Below, piece after piece: positions 60,947 through 64,000 of a stretch of DNA of 64,000 nucleotides (within the stretch, counting starts at the first letter, position 1; every line of letters begins with the position of its first letter). Under the pieces are notes generated by a model. It was not told the DNA's origin. It was given only the letters and a program-made list of their open reading frames with translations, and ran no database searches. Made by a program: the position numbers and the translations under genes. The stretch lies in the NCBI GenBank assembly GCA_965652295.1, contig CBFGTS010000005.1, positions 192,001 to 256,000 of the forward strand. The letters are read 5' to 3'. Source of the stretch: an uncultured Haloferula sp. Its GTDB lineage: Bacteria; Verrucomicrobiota; Verrucomicrobiia; Verrucomicrobiales; Akkermansiaceae.

Positions 60947-61017
60947 CCTGTGGATCCGTCTTGTCATCGCTCCCCGCTTCGACAGTCGGCGCTCCTCTTC
61001 GCCGATCGAAAACCACC

Positions 61018-61261
61018 AATCATCCGCACCCGCTGCACCCGCCGCGAAGCCGTCGCCCGCCTCCGCCCATGGGCGGAAGCATCCGTCATCGAAACCGACC
61101 GCAAACGCTTCGTCGCCGCCGCCGAAGAAACCTTCGCCGGCATCCACGAGGGAAACTTCGCCCGATACAGGGTAAGGCCTTCGGAGTTTGAGGCGTGGAG
61201 AGCCCATTGGCACTGAAGTGCCCGGACGCATGAAGTGAATCCGTTTACTCTGACCCCATTC
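61018..61261 (+). repeat. Direct repeat copy 2: 3' end of a fic-like gene plus downstream motif
   Basis: Encodes IIRTRCTRREA...IHEGNFARYRVRPSEFEAWRAHWH*; ends ccgtttactctgaccccatt. Confidence 0.88.
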
Positions 61262-61327
61262 ATCGGACTTCTTCTCCGGAATCCGGTCCCAAGCGGCATT
61301 GCTGCCTGCCAACAGACTCTGGAAGAC

Positions 61328-62437
61328 CTATGGCTCCACGCACCATCTGATAGCCTCGGCGAGTTCCTTACGCCAGCACTCACCTGAATGGCCTCCGTCG
61401 AATTCGTGGTAGCGGATTTCTCCTCCCGCCCGGCGTAGCACATCGACGGCATGTTTCACTCCATCGACCTGCGGGATCTCCTGAAAGAGGCCTGTTGGAG
61501 GGTGACTTCGGTTCGTTGCGGTTTCACTCTTTCCCACGCTCAGCCAGAACCGGCCCGTGACGGGTGAATGCTGTTCGATCGTTTTCCCAAACTCCGCGTG
61601 GTCCCACCAATGCGAGCCGGACTGGGAAATGCAGGTCCGAAAACAGCCCGGATAGCGGAGAGCGAGATGAACAGCCATCAGGCCGCTCAGGCTCAATCCG
61701 AGGACAAGATGACCGCCGTGGGCCAGCCCTGATACCTCTCGTTCCAGCCACGGGACGACGGATTCTCCGATAAAGCGGGCGTACTGGAGGTTCCCCGTGA
61801 AATCCTGATGACGCGCCAACGCGCTCACATGTCCGACGAACGCGAAGGTCATTCCACCAGGCAAGGAGGAGGCTAATTCTTCAAAAACCGGGACCGCTGC
61901 CATGTCACGCCAGTAAGTCTCGCCATCCAAGACCAGGCAGAGCGGGTGAATCCGGTCCTTGGGTCCACGGCTCAGACGCACCAACCGGCCGTAACCTGTT
62001 TCCGGGTCTTCGATCCAGTGCTCTTCCAGTGAGAAGGTTGGCCCATCATGAATCTTGACCAGTTGGCCTGGGGTTCGTGCATCTTCGCTCCAACCGCGGC
62101 TGAGCAGGAAGTCCGCCGGAATATTCGACGAGGATATGGAGACCGACGACCATCCGTGCGAGAACAGCCAAGCTTCAGCCTGACGGAGCAGCTCGTTGCC
62201 AATGCCCTTGTTCCGGAAATCCGGATGGACAAAAAGTGCCAGCAGTTTGCCGTCCCGACGATCCGCGAAGGCCGCTGCCATCGGAATATCGTCGTCGGAA
62301 CATGCCACCCAACCGGTGCATGCTCCCGCAGGTTTCCAATCGGCGAAGGGGCGCGATCGAACCACCGCCTCAAGCGTGGAAGACAGCGTGGCCCATGAAG
62401 AGAAATCGTCGGAACGGATTTGGCGGAAAGCAATCAT
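61328..62437 (-). CDS. GNAT acetyltransferase fused to a Fes-like alpha/beta esterase
   Basis: LFVHPDFRNKGIGNELL (acetyl-CoA motif); VLDGE, GLSLSG, SQSGS and FDGGH esterase motifs. Confidence 0.8.
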   Translation of the reverse strand: MIAFRQIRSDDFSSWATLSSTLEAVVRSRPFADWKPAGACTGWVACSDDDIPMAAAFADRRDGKLLALFVHPDFRNKGIGNELLRQAEAWLFSHGWSSVSISSSNIPADFLLSRGWSEDARTPGQLVKIHDGPTFSLEEHWIEDPETGYGRLVRLSRGPKDRIHPLCLVLDGETYWRDMAAVPVFEELASSLPGGMTFAFVGHVSALARHQDFTGNLQYARFIGESVVPWLEREVSGLAHGGHLVLGLSLSGLMAVHLALRYPGCFRTCISQSGSHWWDHAEFGKTIEQHSPVTGRFWLSVGKSETATNRSHPPTGLFQEIPQVDGVKHAVDVLRRAGGEIRYHEFDGGHSGECWRKELAEAIRWCVEP

Positions 62438-62449
62438 GGGCGGGTTCCA

Positions 62450-62953
62450 TCAGTAGATTTGGGAATTGTTTTTCGAGGACGATGCAAGGACGTGCTCCAT
62501 GTCGTAGTTGCGGAGTTTGACCGCGCCGATGGCGACCTCGCGTTCACGCAGGACTCGGAAACCCAAGCGCTCAAAGAGAAAGCGCGCCCCGATGGACGCT
62601 TCCACGAAAACGCGTGGGAGGCCCCTCGCCCGAGCGATTTCTTCCGCATGTTTCACCAACGAGGTCATGATGCCGCGCCGTTGGAAGTCCGGGTTTACGT
62701 AGGCGCAGTCGATGTGGCCATCCGGGTCCAGCTCCAGAAAGCCCGCGATCTCGTCGCCGACCAGACTGACGAATGGCTGTTTCCGCTCGCAGCGCTTTTC
62801 CCAGTGCTGCGGATTCGGTTGTCGCCCGGACCATGCGAGACACTGCTCTTGGCTGTAATCGCAGCTGCCGATCTCATGCACCGCCCGAGTGAAAATCGTA
62901 GCAATGGCGACATGATCACCAGGCTGATAGACTCGGATTCGGGAAGAGATCAT
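62450..62953 (-). CDS. GNAT family N-acetyltransferase
   Basis: GFLELDPDGHIDCAYVNPDFQRRGI, EASIGARFLFERLGF; start inferred at ATG 62953. Confidence 0.85.
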   Translation of the reverse strand: MISSRIRVYQPGDHVAIATIFTRAVHEIGSCDYSQEQCLAWSGRQPNPQHWEKRCERKQPFVSLVGDEIAGFLELDPDGHIDCAYVNPDFQRRGIMTSLVKHAEEIARARGLPRVFVEASIGARFLFERLGFRVLREREVAIGAVKLRNYDMEHVLASSSKNNSQIY

Positions 62954-63098
62954 CGGACGGGAAAAATGGCCAACCAACCAAGGGTGCGGGCTTTTGTGCG
63001 TCAAGGTGCAACTCCATTGGGTGGAAGAAGGCCGAGTCGTCTGACATGAAGCGCTCGACATTGAAGGCTTCGGCGTTTGTTGGAATGCGCGGCCTGAC

Positions 63099-63153
63099 CC
63101 CATTCTCGCCATTTTCTTGCCATCTCGCCATTTCTCGCCATTTTCTCGCCATG
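63099..63153 (+). repeat. Five imperfect tandem T(1-4)CTCGCCA units running into the start codon
   Basis: ccattctcgccattttcttgccatctcgccatttctcgccattttctcgccATG. Confidence 0.8.
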
Positions 63154-64000
63154 AATCGCGCGATTCCGAAAACGTGGCTCGAACCGTTCCGAAACAGCCC
63201 TGAACTGGGAGCAGCGGATTACGAGGCGGCTTTCACTCCTGGCCTGCCACGGCGCACCGCGCTGAATCGCCTCAACCGCTTGCGCGATGCCGGGCTGGTG
63301 GATCGCTTCGGCGAAGCCCGCTCCACGGTCTATCAGCTCACGCCCGCAGGCCGGGCGAGGCTGGATGCGAACCAAAGCGCCCGCCCCCTCAGCGCGGAAC
63401 CGCAGACTCTCGCACGTCTTTCCACACTGGCCGAGGATCTCCGCGGAGAACCGCGCCGACCTGTCTCCGAACGCCCGCCCGTGGGTTACCAGCGCTCGTT
63501 CCTGGAATCCTACCTCCCGAACCAGACCCACTACCTGCCCGAGTCCGCGCGCCGGAAGCTCATGGAGATCGGCAGCCAGACCGGCATGGAGGCGGAACCT
63601 GCCGGCACCTACGCCCGCCACATCTGCCAGCGCCTGCTCATCGACCTCTCGTGGAACTCCAGCCGCTTGGAGGGAAACACCTACTCCCTTCTGGAAACCG
63701 AACAACTCTTCCAAGCCGGTCACTCCGGGGACTCGCAGCTGTCCCTTGAGGCCGTGATGATCCTCAACCACAAGGCCGCCATCGAGTTCCTGCTGGAGTC
63801 CACCCCCGAGGCCGGTTTCGACCGCCGGACCATCCTCAACCTCCACGCCCTCCTCACCGCCGATCTTTTGCGCGATCCCTCTGCGGAAGGAGCCCTGCGC
63901 ACCGATCCCGTGGGCATCGGCAAGTCTTCCTACCTCCCGCCCGCCATCCCCGCGCTGATCGAGACGCTCTTCGACACCATTCTCGCCAAGGCCCGCGAAA
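63151..64000 (+). CDS. Fic family protein with N-terminal HTH; runs off the 3' end of the window
   Basis: Absent from the ORF track because it has no stop. Manual translation gives MNRAIPKTW...RRTALNRLNRLRDAGLV...PVGYQRSFL...LLIDLSWNSSRLEGNTYSLLET...MILNHKAAIEF...LNLHALL. Confidence 0.85.
   Translation, partial: MNRAIPKTWLEPFRNSPELGAADYEAAFTPGLPRRTALNRLNRLRDAGLVDRFGEARSTVYQLTPAGRARLDANQSARPLSAEPQTLARLSTLAEDLRGEPRRPVSERPPVGYQRSFLESYLPNQTHYLPESARRKLMEIGSQTGMEAEPAGTYARHICQRLLIDLSWNSSRLEGNTYSLLETEQLFQAGHSGDSQLSLEAVMILNHKAAIEFLLESTPEAGFDRRTILNLHALLTADLLRDPSAEGALRTDPVGIGKSSYLPPAIPALIETLFDTILAKARE

Noticed and set aside
62960..63090. Possible gene fragment on the minus strand (IPTNAEAFNVERFMSDDSAFFHPMELHLDA)
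   Set aside because: Too short and not recognisable; cannot be supported without a homology search.
63099..63153. Possible CRISPR-like repeats here and at 56573-56607
   Set aside because: Units are ~10 bp with no unique spacers, and no cas genes are present.

Overview
GC-rich bacterial DNA, most likely Verrucomicrobiota (Luteolibacter/Haloferula-like). This is inferred from the PEP-CTERM protein, the autotransporter-associated repeat protein, the DxDGDG...FYR/FVR C-terminal domains and the W-xxx-DP-x-AA-xx-W helical-repeat proteins. Positions 1-56.6 kb form a large, co-oriented (+ strand) glycan-degradation locus with no SusC/SusD pair or transporter. It comprises: a truncated passenger-repeat surface protein; a ~24 kb tightly packed run of glycosidases (five GH43, GH51, GH3, GH31, GH29, two GH97, one clan-F/J-like propeller); four intact multi-modular 'alginate-lyase-like' toroid proteins plus one remnant; a frameshifted modular esterase; a PEP-CTERM protein; a GH74; and two membrane-anchored helical-repeat proteins. 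A 16-bp pseudo-palindrome (ACTTAACCGGNCAAGT-like) precedes five predicted transcription units and looks like a shared LacI-type operator. Positions 56.6-64 kb are a decaying accessory region: a MocR regulator with a divergent small membrane protein, fused remnants of a LacI regulator and an AAA/DUF4143 ATPase, two Fic genes, two ~240-bp direct repeats of a fic 3' end, and two GNAT genes. No rRNA, tRNA, CRISPR array or transposase was recognised. All family calls come from motif recognition by eye, not from database searches.
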